A stretch of 64,000 nucleotides of DNA from a bacterium. GTDB lineage: Bacteria; UBP18; UBA7526. The notes beneath the pieces were generated by a model. It was not told the origin of the DNA. It made no database searches and saw only the letters and a list, made by a program, of their open reading frames with translations. Both the position numbers and the translations under genes were made by a program. Location: NCBI GenBank assembly GCA_030615855.1, contig JAUWYL010000001.1, positions 139,008 to 203,007 on the forward strand, written 5' to 3'. This document shows, in pieces, positions 48,555-58,826 of the stretch (its first letter is position 1; each line of letters starts with the position of its first letter).

Positions 48555-48908
48555 ATGGCTTTGACCAGTGAAGAGAAGGAGAGAATCTTAGAGGAGGAGA
48601 GGATAAGGCGCTCCCTCAAGGACCCGGGACTGGCCGGTATTTACTCTTTTCTATGGACCGGACTGGGTCAGATTTATAATGGCCAGATAAATAAAGGGCT
48701 AATCCAGATGACTCTCTCCGCTTTGGGAATGATCCTGGTCATCCTGGGTGCTATCCTCATTTACTTTAGCTGCCTGGAGGCAAGGGTCTCTATTCCAGGG
48801 ATTATCCTATTAGTGGTGGGCATCCTGGGGATTGCTCTTCTAGGAATTCATTCCATCAGGGATGCCAAGGAGAATGCTCAGAGAATCAATGTTAAAAGAA
48901 TAGAGTGA
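48555..48908 (+). CDS. small membrane protein (TM2-like)
   Basis: Two hydrophobic helices and a GLGQIYNGQ motif. Confidence 0.35.
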   Translation: MALTSEEKERILEEERIRRSLKDPGLAGIYSFLWTGLGQIYNGQINKGLIQMTLSALGMILVILGAILIYFSCLEARVSIPGIILLVVGILGIALLGIHSIRDAKENAQRINVKRIE

Positions 48909-48988
48909 GATTGGCTCCGCCCCTTTCAAGAAGGAACGGGGTTGACTTCTTTCGGGGGATGTGGTATAAAAGGAAAAGGGGATTTAAG

Positions 48989-49585
48989 ATGAGAGAGACG
49001 TTATTGATTCTATTGGCTGGGATATTAGTTGCCGGCTGTGCCCAAGGAGGTGAGAAGTTGGAAAGAATCGAAGGGAAGAAGGTCTTAATGATTATCGCCT
49101 CGAGTAATTTCAGGGATGAGGAGTACAAACATCCCAGGGAGATCCTGGAGGCTCAGGGCGCGAAGGTGACCGTTGCCTCTTCTACCTTGAAGGGTTGTCG
49201 GGGGATGCTGGGCCTCTTCGCTCAACCCGATGTCCTTCTCAGTCAAGTTAAGGTAGAGGATTATGACGCTATTCTCTTCATCGGTGGCTCGGGAGCAAGC
49301 GAATACTGGGATAGCAAGATAGCCCATGGCGTTGCTCAAGAAGCAGTGAAGCAGGATAAGGTCCTGGGCGCCATATGCATCGCTCCCGTTGCCCTGGCTA
49401 ACGCGGGAGTATTGAAGGGGAAGAAAGCAACCGTCTGGCCCTCAGAGGGGATAAAGATACGCAACCTGGGAGTGCAATACATCCCCTCCAGTGTTCAGGT
49501 CGATGGGAAGATTATTACTGCCGATGGTCCGAAATCAGCAAAAGCATTTGGGGAGGCGGTAGTAAAGGCCCTCTCCGCTGAATAA
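48989..49585 (+). CDS. DJ-1/PfpI family lipoprotein (class I glutamine amidotransferase-like)
   Basis: Lipobox LVAGC, then KKVLMIIASSNFRDEE...GAICIAP with a nucleophile-elbow Cys. The longest ORF starts at 48905; RBS plus ATG are at 48989. Confidence 0.6.
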   Translation: MRETLLILLAGILVAGCAQGGEKLERIEGKKVLMIIASSNFRDEEYKHPREILEAQGAKVTVASSTLKGCRGMLGLFAQPDVLLSQVKVEDYDAILFIGGSGASEYWDSKIAHGVAQEAVKQDKVLGAICIAPVALANAGVLKGKKATVWPSEGIKIRNLGVQYIPSSVQVDGKIITADGPKSAKAFGEAVVKALSAE

Positions 49586-49624
49586 AAAGATTGAAGATGG
49601 AAGGAGCCCATCCTATCAAACAGG

Positions 49625-50101
49625 ATGGGCTTTTTCTATTGGGGAAAGAGTATGAAAGAATTCCTTAAGATTCTTCTGATCTTGATTTTAATTGTAGCTG
49701 CCTACCGAGCCTTTAATTACTTTACCTCAGAAGAGAGAAGATTAAAGATTATTATTAATCGGGGGCAAGAGGCCATTGAAAGAGAAGACTTAGAGGAATG
49801 CATGAGATATATTTCACAAGACTATTCTGATGAATATGACCAGACCTATCAATCGATAGAAGAGGATGCTAAGAAGGCATTCGAAAAATATGATGAGATT
49901 AACATCTGGATAAGAAAGAGAGAGATTGTTCTAAGGGATTCAGAGGCGGAGGTAAACTTAGGAATCATTATTTCTCTCTCCAGCAAGGAGACCGGCCTCA
50001 TCAAAGGCCAGGAGAAACTCACCTTATACTTTAGAAAAGAGAATGGCTACTGGAGAATCATAAAAGCCTCTCCCCTGAAAATTTTTGTTGACATCCCCTA
50101 A
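49625..50101 (+). CDS. hypothetical membrane-anchored protein (NTF2/SnoaL-like fold guess)
   Basis: N-terminal TM. No firm motif. Confidence 0.3.
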   Translation: MGFFYWGKSMKEFLKILLILILIVAAYRAFNYFTSEERRLKIIINRGQEAIEREDLEECMRYISQDYSDEYDQTYQSIEEDAKKAFEKYDEINIWIRKREIVLRDSEAEVNLGIIISLSSKETGLIKGQEKLTLYFRKENGYWRIIKASPLKIFVDIP

Positions 50102-50149
50102 AGAGATATGATAAAGTAAAACATCAAGCAATAAGCTCAGGAGATATAG

Positions 50150-50521
50150 ATGGTTCTTCATGCTACATTCATTAAAGCGGTTAAGGAGGCCCTGAAGAAG
50201 AAGGGCTGGAGCATGAGAAGGGCAGCCCGGGAGGCGGGTCTTGACTCCAGTTTCCTTTCCAAGGTATTGAGCGGAAAGCGCAACCCCCCCTCAGATGAGA
50301 GAGTAATTATCAGGTTAGCCCAGAAGTTGGACATCGATCCGGATAGTCTGGTTATCTATGCGGGAAGGATTCCCGCAAAGTATCAGAAGGATTTAGAGAA
50401 ACCGGGAGCAATAAGACTGTTAAGCAGAGTTCGTGCCATGCCCGAGGTAGAGGCAGCGCGCGAGAGAGTGAGGAAGGTTAAGAAGGTAGTTAAAGAAGAG
50501 ATGCCGGATGAGCTCCTTTGA
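50150..50521 (+). CDS. small HTH protein
   Basis: GWSMRRAAREAGLDSSFLSKVLSGKRNP is an XRE-like HTH. Confidence 0.45.
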   Translation: MVLHATFIKAVKEALKKKGWSMRRAAREAGLDSSFLSKVLSGKRNPPSDERVIIRLAQKLDIDPDSLVIYAGRIPAKYQKDLEKPGAIRLLSRVRAMPEVEAARERVRKVKKVVKEEMPDELL

Positions 50522-50617
50522 ACACGGATGAGCACGGATAACGATACGGATAGACACAGATAAAGCAAAATGGATGGGTGCCCTGAGGGGCATTTTTTAT
50601 TAGAGGAGGAATGAAAG

Positions 50618-50902
50618 ATGATTAGGTATACTTGTGATATGTGTGGGAGGGAGATAAAGCCTCATACCCTGAGATATAAGGTGAATATTGATGTTATTGC
50701 CGCCTATGATACCTTAGTTATCACTAAGGAGGATTTGAAGAGGGATTTTCAGAAAGAGATTAAGAGACTTCTGGAGAGAATGAAGGATATGGATGAAGAG
50801 GAACTAATGGAAGATATCTGGAAGAACTTCTCCTTTGATCTCTGCAAGAAGTGTCGGGACATCTATCTTAGAAGCCCCTTGGGTCTGGTAAACCCCGTTT
50901 AG
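50618..50902 (+). CDS. small zinc-ribbon protein (CxxC...CxxC)
   Basis: CDMCGRE...CKKCRD. Confidence 0.35.
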   Translation: MIRYTCDMCGREIKPHTLRYKVNIDVIAAYDTLVITKEDLKRDFQKEIKRLLERMKDMDEEELMEDIWKNFSFDLCKKCRDIYLRSPLGLVNPV

Positions 50903-51506
50903 ACTTTTCAACGAAATTATTGTCAATTCATAGGGTTTGATGGAGTAGATAATAATTGTATAACCGACTAAAAAAGTTTTTGCTCGAAAGTCTAACGGGG
51001 TAAGCACTGAGGAACTTTGACTTTCCTTCTTATATATGATATTATATTGTAATTACAAGCGTAAGAGTCCCCTAAAGCGGGTCCTACCTCGGCATTTTCT
51101 CTTCGCGGGCCCCTCCGCCCGGTGTAGATCCTCCCACTCATAGAAATCTGCCGAGTCACCCGCATCTTTTAACCAGCATAAAAGTATCACCATGATTATC
51201 TGGGTAATCCGTTGTTTTATCCGTGTAATCTGTGTACCAGGAGGAATAAATGATTAAGAAAAGACCCAAGAGTCCGGAAGAAGAGTATATGAAGGAAGTC
51301 CACGATGAAGAGATAAAAGCAGAGCATGAAGAGTGGCGGGAAGAAGGGGAGATAGAGAAGGAGAAAGAGAAAGAGAAGTTTAAGGATTATCAGAAGGAGA
51401 GAATAAAGAAGGACTATCTTATTAAGAGGCACAGAAAGGAGAAATTTCTGGGTGGAGTGAGGGGGAAGCCCACCCGGGGACCGAGGGGAACCCATAAGTA
51501 AACAGT

Positions 51507-51558
51507 GCAAAATGCAAAATGAAAAATGCAAAATGCAAAATGAAAAATTGAAAAATTT
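51507..51558. repeat. 7-nt tandem repeat GCAAAAT/GAAAAAT, forming the 5' end of the annotated dprA ORF
   Basis: Direct reading of the sequence. Confidence 0.8.
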
Positions 51559-52648
51559 AGAGATAAAAGATTGGCTCACACTAAAAGCGATACCTGACAT
51601 CACCGATAATCTATATAAGAGGTTGATTGAGGAGTTCGATTCACCAAAAAGGGTCTTAAAAGCAGAAGAGAAGGATTTAGCTAAAGTTCCCGAGATAAAG
51701 AGGAATGTTGTCCGGGCCATTGTAGGGAAAAGGGCTGATGTCACCGACGAATGGGAACTGATTAAAAGGCATAAGATAGACATTATTACCTTAAATGATG
51801 AATCCTATCCGAAAAGTCTAAAAGAAATCTATGACCCTCCACCTTTATTATATGTTAAAGGAGAGATAAAGAGAGAAGATAAGAACGCCATTGCCATCGT
51901 GGGTTCCAGGAGGGCCACCACCTACGGCAAATTGACCGCCCAGAGGCTCGCGGCCCAACTGGCGGCCCAGGGAATAACCATAGTAAGCGGTATGGCCCGG
52001 GGGATTGACTCTGAGGCCCACAAGGGCGCCTTAGCCGTGGGAGGGAGGACCATTGCTGTTTTGGGATGTGGAATAGACGTTGTCTATCCTCCAGAGAATA
52101 GGGCGCTCGAGGACAGAATTGCCTCATCTGGAGCAGTGATTACTGAATTCCCTTTCGGCACCAGACCTTTTGCGGGAAACTTTCCTAAGAGGAATAGGAT
52201 AATAAGCGGCCTCTCCTTAGGAGTAATAATCGTTGAGGCCGCCCAGAAGAGTGGGGCACTCATCACCGCTCGTCTAGCATTAGAGCAGGGAAGGGAGGTC
52301 TTTGCTGTTCCCGGTTCCACCACCTCTCCCTATAGCAGGGGAACCCATAACCTGATAAAAGAAGGGGCAAAGTTAGTAGAGAATACCGAAGATATCTTGG
52401 AGGAACTGGAACCTTTAATTGAGATTCGCAAGAAAAAAAAGAAAGGAACTAAAGGATTCCCCAGGCCTGTCTTATCAAAGGAGGAGGAGATTATTTATAA
52501 TCTAATTACTCAGGAGCCGAAGTATATCGATCTCCTTATTCAGGAGAGTAGGCTACCCGCCCAGAAGGCAATGGTCGTCTTAACCAATCTTCAGATAAAG
52601 AGCCTCATTAAGGAACTCGCCGGAAAAAATTTTATCAGAAAGGAATAG
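51512..52648 (+). CDS. dprA: DNA processing protein A (true start probably downstream of the repeat-encoded N-terminus)
   Basis: IAIVGSRRATTYG...VSGMARGIDSEAHKGAL...VLGCGIDVVYPPEN is the Rossmann-like DprA core. Confidence 0.8.
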   Translation: MQNEKCKMQNEKLKNLEIKDWLTLKAIPDITDNLYKRLIEEFDSPKRVLKAEEKDLAKVPEIKRNVVRAIVGKRADVTDEWELIKRHKIDIITLNDESYPKSLKEIYDPPPLLYVKGEIKREDKNAIAIVGSRRATTYGKLTAQRLAAQLAAQGITIVSGMARGIDSEAHKGALAVGGRTIAVLGCGIDVVYPPENRALEDRIASSGAVITEFPFGTRPFAGNFPKRNRIISGLSLGVIIVEAAQKSGALITARLALEQGREVFAVPGSTTSPYSRGTHNLIKEGAKLVENTEDILEELEPLIEIRKKKKKGTKGFPRPVLSKEEEIIYNLITQEPKYIDLLIQESRLPAQKAMVVLTNLQIKSLIKELAGKNFIRKE

Positions 52649-52651
52649 GCC

Positions 52652-53080
52652 ATGCGCAGCCGAATAATGGATATCATAAGTTTCATCATTAAAGAGGTCT
52701 TGGATGGAAAGGACCTCTTGGAGACCGAGACTGAGATCGTGGAGAGTCTAATGGATCAGGGATACAGTCTGGAGGAGATTAACTCTGCCTTTGATTGGTT
52801 ATTCTCTTTGATTACTAAGGGAATGGTCAAGAAGGGGATTAAGCCCACTACCTCCAAGAGGATTCTCCATCATTTGGAGAGGCTGAAGTTATCCTCCCAG
52901 GCCTATGGACTCCTTATCAAGATGCAGGAATCAGGGCTCATCACCTTCGCCCAGCAAGAAGAGATCATAGAGCAGGCCTTAACTTCTGGCGAGGAGGTGG
53001 GCCCAGAGGAGATAAAGAGGATCGCTGGCCAGGTGGTCTTTGGGAACTCCTATCATAAGTGGGAAGGAGACTTGGATTGA
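52652..53080 (+). CDS. smg: Smg/DUF494-like protein
   Basis: Conserved position between dprA and topA. Acidic ~140-aa protein. Confidence 0.5.
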   Translation: MRSRIMDIISFIIKEVLDGKDLLETETEIVESLMDQGYSLEEINSAFDWLFSLITKGMVKKGIKPTTSKRILHHLERLKLSSQAYGLLIKMQESGLITFAQQEEIIEQALTSGEEVGPEEIKRIAGQVVFGNSYHKWEGDLD

Positions 53081-55161
53081 TGGTCAAGGCCTTAGTCATC
53101 GTTGAATCACCAGCCAAGGCAAGGACTATAAATAAATTTCTGGGGAAGGAATACCTGGTTAAATCCTCTATGGGGCATATTAAAGACCTGCCCAGGAAGG
53201 GGCTGGGAGTAGATGTCTATAAGAACTTTCAGCCTCACTACCATATCATTCCCAAGAAAGCAAAGACCTTAGAGAAGTTGAAAGAGGTAGCGGATAATAT
53301 GCAGAGGATCTACCTCGCCCCTGACCCGGATAGGGAGGGAGAGGCCATCTCCTGGCACCTCTATAGTGAATTGAAAAAAACCACTAACGACGTAAAAAGG
53401 ATCATCTTTCACGAGATTACCAAAGAAGCTATAGATAAGGCCCTCACCCATCCCAGGGAGATCGATCTAAAATTGGTGAATGCCCAGCAGGCGAGAAGGA
53501 TCTTAGATAGGATCGTGGGCTATAAGATAAGCCCCCTGCTCTGGAGGAAGGTGAGAGGAGGGCTTAGCGCCGGGAGGGTGCAGTCTGTAGCCTTGAGGCT
53601 CATCTGCGAGAGGGAGAAGAAGATTAACTCCTTCAAGCCAGAGGAGTACTGGTCAATTCATACAAAACTTCAGGGGAAGAGTAAAGAAATCTTTGGAGCC
53701 GACTTAGAAAAAATTGAGGATAAAAGGATAAAGATTTTTGATAGACTAAAGGCCCAGGAGATCTCTTCCCAATTAGAGAGGGAGGAATTCTTTCTGAAGA
53801 AGATCGCTAAGAGAGAGAAGAAGAGATTTCCCCTCCCCCCCTTTATCACTGCTACCCTTCAACAGGTGGCAGCAAGGAGGTTTCATTTTTCGGCGAAGAG
53901 GACCATGAGGATTGCCCAACAACTCTACGAAGGCTTAGATATCGGGGGCGGGGAGATGATAGGCCTTATTACCTATATGAGAACTGACTCCTTTAGAGTG
54001 GCTCAGAGTGCTATCCAAGAGGCAAGAGGGTATATCAGGAAGGAGTTTAGTCAGGAGTGCCTTCCTTCCAAGCCGAGGTATTATAGGAGTAGGAAAGGGG
54101 CCCAGGAGGCGCATGAGGCCATCCGTCCCACATCTCTTTATCGCACTCCAGAAAGATTGAAAGAGCACCTGACTATTGAACAGCAGAGGCTCTATAGTCT
54201 AATCTGGAATAGGTTTCTTGCCTCCCAGATGAGAGAGGCCCTATTGGAGAAGAGGACCTTCAATATTAGAGCAGGAGAGTTTTCTCTATCCTCTTCTGAT
54301 TCCCAGGTGAGATTTAAAGGATTCCTTTCTCTCTATCCAGAAGATAGGATTTTTAAGGAAAAGCTCCTGCCCGCCCTGGAAGAGAAGGAGACCTTAAAAT
54401 TATTAGAGGTTCTTCCTAGCCAGCACTTCACTCAGCCTCCTCCCCGCTACTCAGAGGCCAGCCTCATCAAGGCCCTGGAGGAGGAAGGGATCGGTCGCCC
54501 CTCAACCTATGCCTCAATCATGGAGACCATCAGGAGCCGGGACTATGTTGAGAGCCATAAGGGAAACTTCCATCCCACTTCCTTAGGGGAGACGGTTATT
54601 GAACTACTGGTCAAGAGCTTTCCCGATATCTTAAATGTCCGGTTCACCTCCCAGATGGAGGATAGGTTAGATAAAGTAGAGGAAGGAAGGGAGAACTGGA
54701 TAGACCTCTTGCACTCCTTCTATGGCCCCTTCGCCTCTGACCTCTCCCGAGCCCAGAGGGAGATGAGATATGTAAAGAAGGAACTTGAAGAGAAGACAGA
54801 TAAGATCTGTGAGAAATGTGGCTCGCCCATGGTCATAAAACATGGCCGTTTTGGAAAATTCTTAGCCTGTTCCAACTTCCCTAAATGCAAGAATTCCCGA
54901 CCACTCACTCTGGAAATAAGATGTCCTGGGAAGGATTGTAATGGAGAAATAGTCCAGAGAAGGACCAAGAAGAGAAGGACCTTCTATGGCTGCAGTAACT
55001 ATCCAGAGTGCGACTTCTTTTCCTGGGATAGACCAGCAGGTAAAGGTTGCCCGGAATGCGGCTCTTTTTTAGTTGAAAAATATAGTAAGAGTAAAGGAAG
55101 ATATCTTAAGTGTGCCAATAAAGAATGTTCTTACAGTGAACAAGTAACAGTGAACAAGTAA
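53059..55161 (+). CDS. topA: DNA topoisomerase I with C-terminal zinc ribbons
   Basis: TOPRIM LVIVESPAKA, an active-site Tyr region, and C4 zinc ribbons CEKCGSP...C, CPGKDC, CPECGS. Confidence 0.9.
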   Translation: MGRRLGLMVKALVIVESPAKARTINKFLGKEYLVKSSMGHIKDLPRKGLGVDVYKNFQPHYHIIPKKAKTLEKLKEVADNMQRIYLAPDPDREGEAISWHLYSELKKTTNDVKRIIFHEITKEAIDKALTHPREIDLKLVNAQQARRILDRIVGYKISPLLWRKVRGGLSAGRVQSVALRLICEREKKINSFKPEEYWSIHTKLQGKSKEIFGADLEKIEDKRIKIFDRLKAQEISSQLEREEFFLKKIAKREKKRFPLPPFITATLQQVAARRFHFSAKRTMRIAQQLYEGLDIGGGEMIGLITYMRTDSFRVAQSAIQEARGYIRKEFSQECLPSKPRYYRSRKGAQEAHEAIRPTSLYRTPERLKEHLTIEQQRLYSLIWNRFLASQMREALLEKRTFNIRAGEFSLSSSDSQVRFKGFLSLYPEDRIFKEKLLPALEEKETLKLLEVLPSQHFTQPPPRYSEASLIKALEEEGIGRPSTYASIMETIRSRDYVESHKGNFHPTSLGETVIELLVKSFPDILNVRFTSQMEDRLDKVEEGRENWIDLLHSFYGPFASDLSRAQREMRYVKKELEEKTDKICEKCGSPMVIKHGRFGKFLACSNFPKCKNSRPLTLEIRCPGKDCNGEIVQRRTKKRRTFYGCSNYPECDFFSWDRPAGKGCPECGSFLVEKYSKSKGRYLKCANKECSYSEQVTVNK

Positions 55162-55217
55162 CAATTGTTCAATGTTCATTGTTCAATGCTACTTAATATC
55201 ACCTTACAGGAGATTAA

Positions 55218-56105
55218 ATGGAAGAGGAGATTGCAAAGTTTAATCAATATCTAAAAGGAGAGAAGAACGTCTCTCCCCATACCCTGAAGAGTTACTCTGC
55301 TGACCTCAATGACTTCTTGAATTTTTTGAAGAAAGAAAAAATACCTCTTAAGGTGAAATATATCGACCACTTGACTATCAGGCGCTTCTTAGCTTCCTTG
55401 CAGAGGAGGGAGCTCTCCCATACCACCATGGCCAGAAAGCTGGCTACCTTGCGCTCCTTCTTTAGATTCCTCTGTAGGGAGGAGTATCTGGAGATCAACC
55501 CTGTCCTGGGAACGAGGACCCCCAAAATCGCCAAAAAACTTCCCAAATTCCTGGCACTTTCGGAGGTATTTAGCCTTCTTGAAACTCCAGATGAGAAGCG
55601 CATCCTGGGCCTGCGCGACCGGGCCATCTTAGAGCTCTTGTATGCTACCGGAATGAGGGTGAGTGAACTGGTGGGCCTGAATGTGAATGATGTCGATCTC
55701 TTGGGAGGGGTGACCAAGGTATGGGGTAAGGGAGGGAAGGAACGTCTGGCCCCCTTTGGCACAGAGGCTACCCGAGCCCTCCATAATTATTTAAGGAGAA
55801 GAGAGACCCTTCATCCAGGAGAAGGGGAGAGAGGACTCTTTTTAAATAAATCCGGCGCTCGAATATCGGCAAGGAGTATCAGGAGGCTTCTAGATAAGTA
55901 TATCAAGAAAGCCTCCCTCTCCCAGAAGATAAGCCCCCATACCCTGAGGCACTCCTTCGCCACCCACCTACTCGATGCTGGGGCGGATTTGCGAAGTATT
56001 CAGGAATTACTGGGCCATGCCTCTCTATCTACTACCCAGGTCTATACCCATCTCACAACTGAGAGACTGAAGAGGGTATATGATAAAACTCATCCCAGAG
56101 CCTAA
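55218..56105 (+). CDS. xerC: tyrosine recombinase XerC/XerD
   Basis: HTLRHSFATHLLDAGADLRSIQELLGHASLSTTQVYTHL. Confidence 0.8.
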   Translation: MEEEIAKFNQYLKGEKNVSPHTLKSYSADLNDFLNFLKKEKIPLKVKYIDHLTIRRFLASLQRRELSHTTMARKLATLRSFFRFLCREEYLEINPVLGTRTPKIAKKLPKFLALSEVFSLLETPDEKRILGLRDRAILELLYATGMRVSELVGLNVNDVDLLGGVTKVWGKGGKERLAPFGTEATRALHNYLRRRETLHPGEGERGLFLNKSGARISARSIRRLLDKYIKKASLSQKISPHTLRHSFATHLLDAGADLRSIQELLGHASLSTTQVYTHLTTERLKRVYDKTHPRA

Positions 56106-56313
56106 AGAGAGTAAGAGAGTAAAAAAGTAAGAAAGTAAAAAAGTAGTTGCAGAAAAGTAAAGAAGGATGATATACTATCGTAAATAGAAATGGATAAGGA
56201 CTACGTCAATCGGTTGCGGTTGCGCTACTCGTATCGTTTTACGTGATACGGCTACGTCTTGTTACGAACAACGATAGACAATAGCCGAAACGAGCTGCGT
56301 AACCTTTCAACGT

Positions 56314-57204
56314 ATGACGATTAAAAGGGGGTGTAACTTGACAGTTGTCTCTATGAAAGATCTCTTGGAGGCTGGGATGCACTTTGGCCATCAGACCAAG
56401 AGGTGGAATCCCAGGATGAAGGAATATATCTTTGGGGCGAGGAATGGCATTCATATCATCGATCTTCAAAAGACTCTGAGGAAGTTAGAAGAGGCCTATA
56501 AGTTCGTTAAGGAATTAGCAAAGGAAGGAGGAACCTGCCTCTTTGTGGGGACCAAAAGGCAGGCTAAGGATGCCATCCTTAGCCAGACAAAGCGCTGCGG
56601 GATGCCCTATGTCACGGAAAGATGGCTGGGGGGAACACTCACCAATTTTCAGACCATAAAGAAGAATATCGAATACCTGAAGAGATTAGAGGCTCAAGAG
56701 AAGGAAGGAGGGTTCTCTTCCCTGACCAAGAAGGAAACCCTTAAGAAATTAAGAGAGAAGGAGAAGTTAGGGCGTGCTCTGGGAGGAATAAAGGGGATGG
56801 ATGGTCTGCCCAGCGCTCTAATCCTGATCGATGTCTATAAGGAGAGAATCGCTCTTAAGGAAGCCAACAAGTTAAAGATACCGGTCGTTGCCTTAGTAGA
56901 TACTAATTGTGATCCTACGGGGGTGGATTACATCATCCCGGGGAATGATGACGCCATTCGGGCCATTACCCTGGTGTGCATCAAGATGGCAGATGCTATC
57001 CTGGAGGGAAGGCCTGAAGTTTTGAAAGAAGCAGAGGAGGAGGAAGTCGAAGAAAAGGTGGAAGAGATACCCAAACCTGAGGAGAAAGTTGCTAAACCTG
57101 CGAAAAAGGCGAAGCCCAAAGAGGCGAAGCCAAAGAAGATAACGAAGAAAAGGATTAAGGAAAGTGAACCCCGCCCCTTTAAGCAAGGAGAAGGCATTGA
57201 ATAG
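56314..57204 (+). CDS. rpsB: 30S ribosomal protein S2 (probable true start TTG at 56338) with KE-rich C-terminal extension
   Basis: [25 protein letters not shown]. Confidence 0.85.
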   Translation: MTIKRGCNLTVVSMKDLLEAGMHFGHQTKRWNPRMKEYIFGARNGIHIIDLQKTLRKLEEAYKFVKELAKEGGTCLFVGTKRQAKDAILSQTKRCGMPYVTERWLGGTLTNFQTIKKNIEYLKRLEAQEKEGGFSSLTKKETLKKLREKEKLGRALGGIKGMDGLPSALILIDVYKERIALKEANKLKIPVVALVDTNCDPTGVDYIIPGNDDAIRAITLVCIKMADAILEGRPEVLKEAEEEEVEEKVEEIPKPEEKVAKPAKKAKPKEAKPKKITKKRIKESEPRPFKQGEGIE

Positions 57205-57217
57205 CAAAAGGGGCGGG

Positions 57218-57811
57218 GTGAAGATTAATGCTGCCCAAGTTAAGAAGCTAAGAGAGGCCACCTTGGCTCCCATCATGGATTGTAAGGCGGCCTTACAGGA
57301 GACAAGGGGAAATTTAGAAAAGGCGAAGGAGCTATTGCGCAAGAAGGGCCTGGCCCACGCCAAAGGATTGGCGGGTAAGGAAACGAAGGAGGGCCTCATC
57401 TACTCCTACATCCATGCTGGAGGCAAGATCGGCGTCTTATTAGAGATAAACTCTCAGACAGATTTCGTGGCCCGGATGGATGAGTTCAAAGATCTGGCCA
57501 AGGATATCGCCATGCAGATCGCTGCTATGAGCCCGGCTTATATTACCCGAGAAGAAGTGCCCCAAGAGGCAACCAAGAAGGAGGAAGAGATCTATAGGGA
57601 AGGGGTAAAGGGGAAACCGAAAGGAGTAATAGACAAGATTGTTAAGGGAAAGATGGAGAAGTTTTACAGAGAGGTCTGTCTCTTAGAACAGCCCTTCATA
57701 AGGAATGAGAAGATAACGGTTGAGGAATACCTGGATTCCGTCATGGCCAAGTTCAAGGAGAATATTGTAATAAGAAAATTTGTAAGATACCGACTAGGAG
57801 AAGAGTTATGA
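57218..57811 (+). CDS. tsf: elongation factor Ts (GTG start; ORF track begins at 57164)
   Basis: KINAAQVKKLREATLAPIMDCKAAL. Confidence 0.8.
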   Translation: MKINAAQVKKLREATLAPIMDCKAALQETRGNLEKAKELLRKKGLAHAKGLAGKETKEGLIYSYIHAGGKIGVLLEINSQTDFVARMDEFKDLAKDIAMQIAAMSPAYITREEVPQEATKKEEEIYREGVKGKPKGVIDKIVKGKMEKFYREVCLLEQPFIRNEKITVEEYLDSVMAKFKENIVIRKFVRYRLGEEL

Positions 57812-58365
57812 TGGAGGAGATCTATCGTCAAACGGAAGAGAGGATGGAGAGATCGATTGAGGCCCTCAAAGGAGATTTGGCGACCATGCGCACCGGCCGG
57901 GCCTCAACCAGTATTCTGGAGGGAATCAAAGTGGACTATTATGGAACCCTCACCCCCCTGAATCATCTGGCCACCATCTCTACTCCCCAGCCCACCCTCA
58001 TCGTCATCCAGCCCTGGGATAAATCGATTCTCCCCGCAGTTAATAAGGCCATTCTGGCCTCAGATCTCGGTCTCACTCCCCAGGTTTCAGAAGGAATAAT
58101 TCGCATCGCTCTCCCACCCCTTACTCAGGAGAGGAGGGAAGAACTGGTCAAGATAGTTAAGAAGAGGGCAGAAGGGGGGAGGGTATCCATTAGGGAAGCA
58201 AGAAGGGGAGCGAATGAGGAATTAAAGAACAAAGAGAAGAAGAAAGAGATCCCAGAGGACGATTATCATAAAGGATTGAAAAAAATCCAAGAACTTACTG
58301 ATAAGTATATTAAAAAGATCGATCAGATTCTGAAGGAGAAGGAGAAGGAAATCCTATCATTTTAA
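57808..58365 (+). CDS. frr: ribosome recycling factor
   Basis: Typical RRF sequence. It follows tsf directly, with no pyrH in between. Confidence 0.85.
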   Translation: MMEEIYRQTEERMERSIEALKGDLATMRTGRASTSILEGIKVDYYGTLTPLNHLATISTPQPTLIVIQPWDKSILPAVNKAILASDLGLTPQVSEGIIRIALPPLTQERREELVKIVKKRAEGGRVSIREARRGANEELKNKEKKKEIPEDDYHKGLKKIQELTDKYIKKIDQILKEKEKEILSF

Positions 58366-58539
58366 ACCACAGTGACCAGTGAACGGTGAACTGTGTTACT
58401 TAAGGTTAACGGTTTACCCGTCCCTCATTTTATTCGGGACTGTCTACCATTTACCGTTTTTCACCGTACACCGTAAACCGTAAACTAATTATTGCTAATT
58501 ACTGATCACCGATTACTCCGACTGAAAGGAGGGACAAAG

Positions 58540-58710
58540 ATGGCTTTTAAAATCACTGAGGATTGTGTGGGCTGTGGCACATGTGTCGATGAATGCCCAG
58601 TGGGAGCCATTAAGGAAGTAGATGGAAAGTATACTATCGATCAGGAGACCTGTACCCAGTGTGGGGCCTGTAAGGAGAGCTGCCCGGTAGAGGCCATTGT
58701 AGAAGAATAA
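58540..58710 (+). CDS. 2x[4Fe-4S] ferredoxin (56 aa)
   Basis: CVGCGTCVDECP and CTQCGACKESCP. Confidence 0.65.
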   Translation: MAFKITEDCVGCGTCVDECPVGAIKEVDGKYTIDQETCTQCGACKESCPVEAIVEE

Positions 58711-58713
58711 AGT

Positions 58714-58820
58714 CATCCGTCAGTCTGTCTCTCCGTCAGCCCGTCCATTTAGCGACGGAATATACGGATTCGGTGGAATAGACGGAATAGACGGAATAGA
58801 CGGATGCGACGGATTAGCGG
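58714..58820. repeat. degenerate tandem repeats (CCGTCAG / GGAATAGAC units)
   Basis: Direct reading of the sequence. Confidence 0.7.
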
Positions 58821-58826
58821 AGTAGG

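Noticed and set aside
51217-51783. 188-aa minus-strand ORF overlapping the KE-rich plus ORF and the dprA start
   Set aside because: Low-complexity translation of the antisense of a KE-rich region and of heptamer repeats. No start context. Overlaps better-supported plus-strand genes.
56893-57399. 168-aa and 89-aa minus-strand ORFs inside rpsB/tsf
   Set aside because: Antisense of the KE-rich C-terminal extension of S2. The rpsB and tsf calls are strongly supported.
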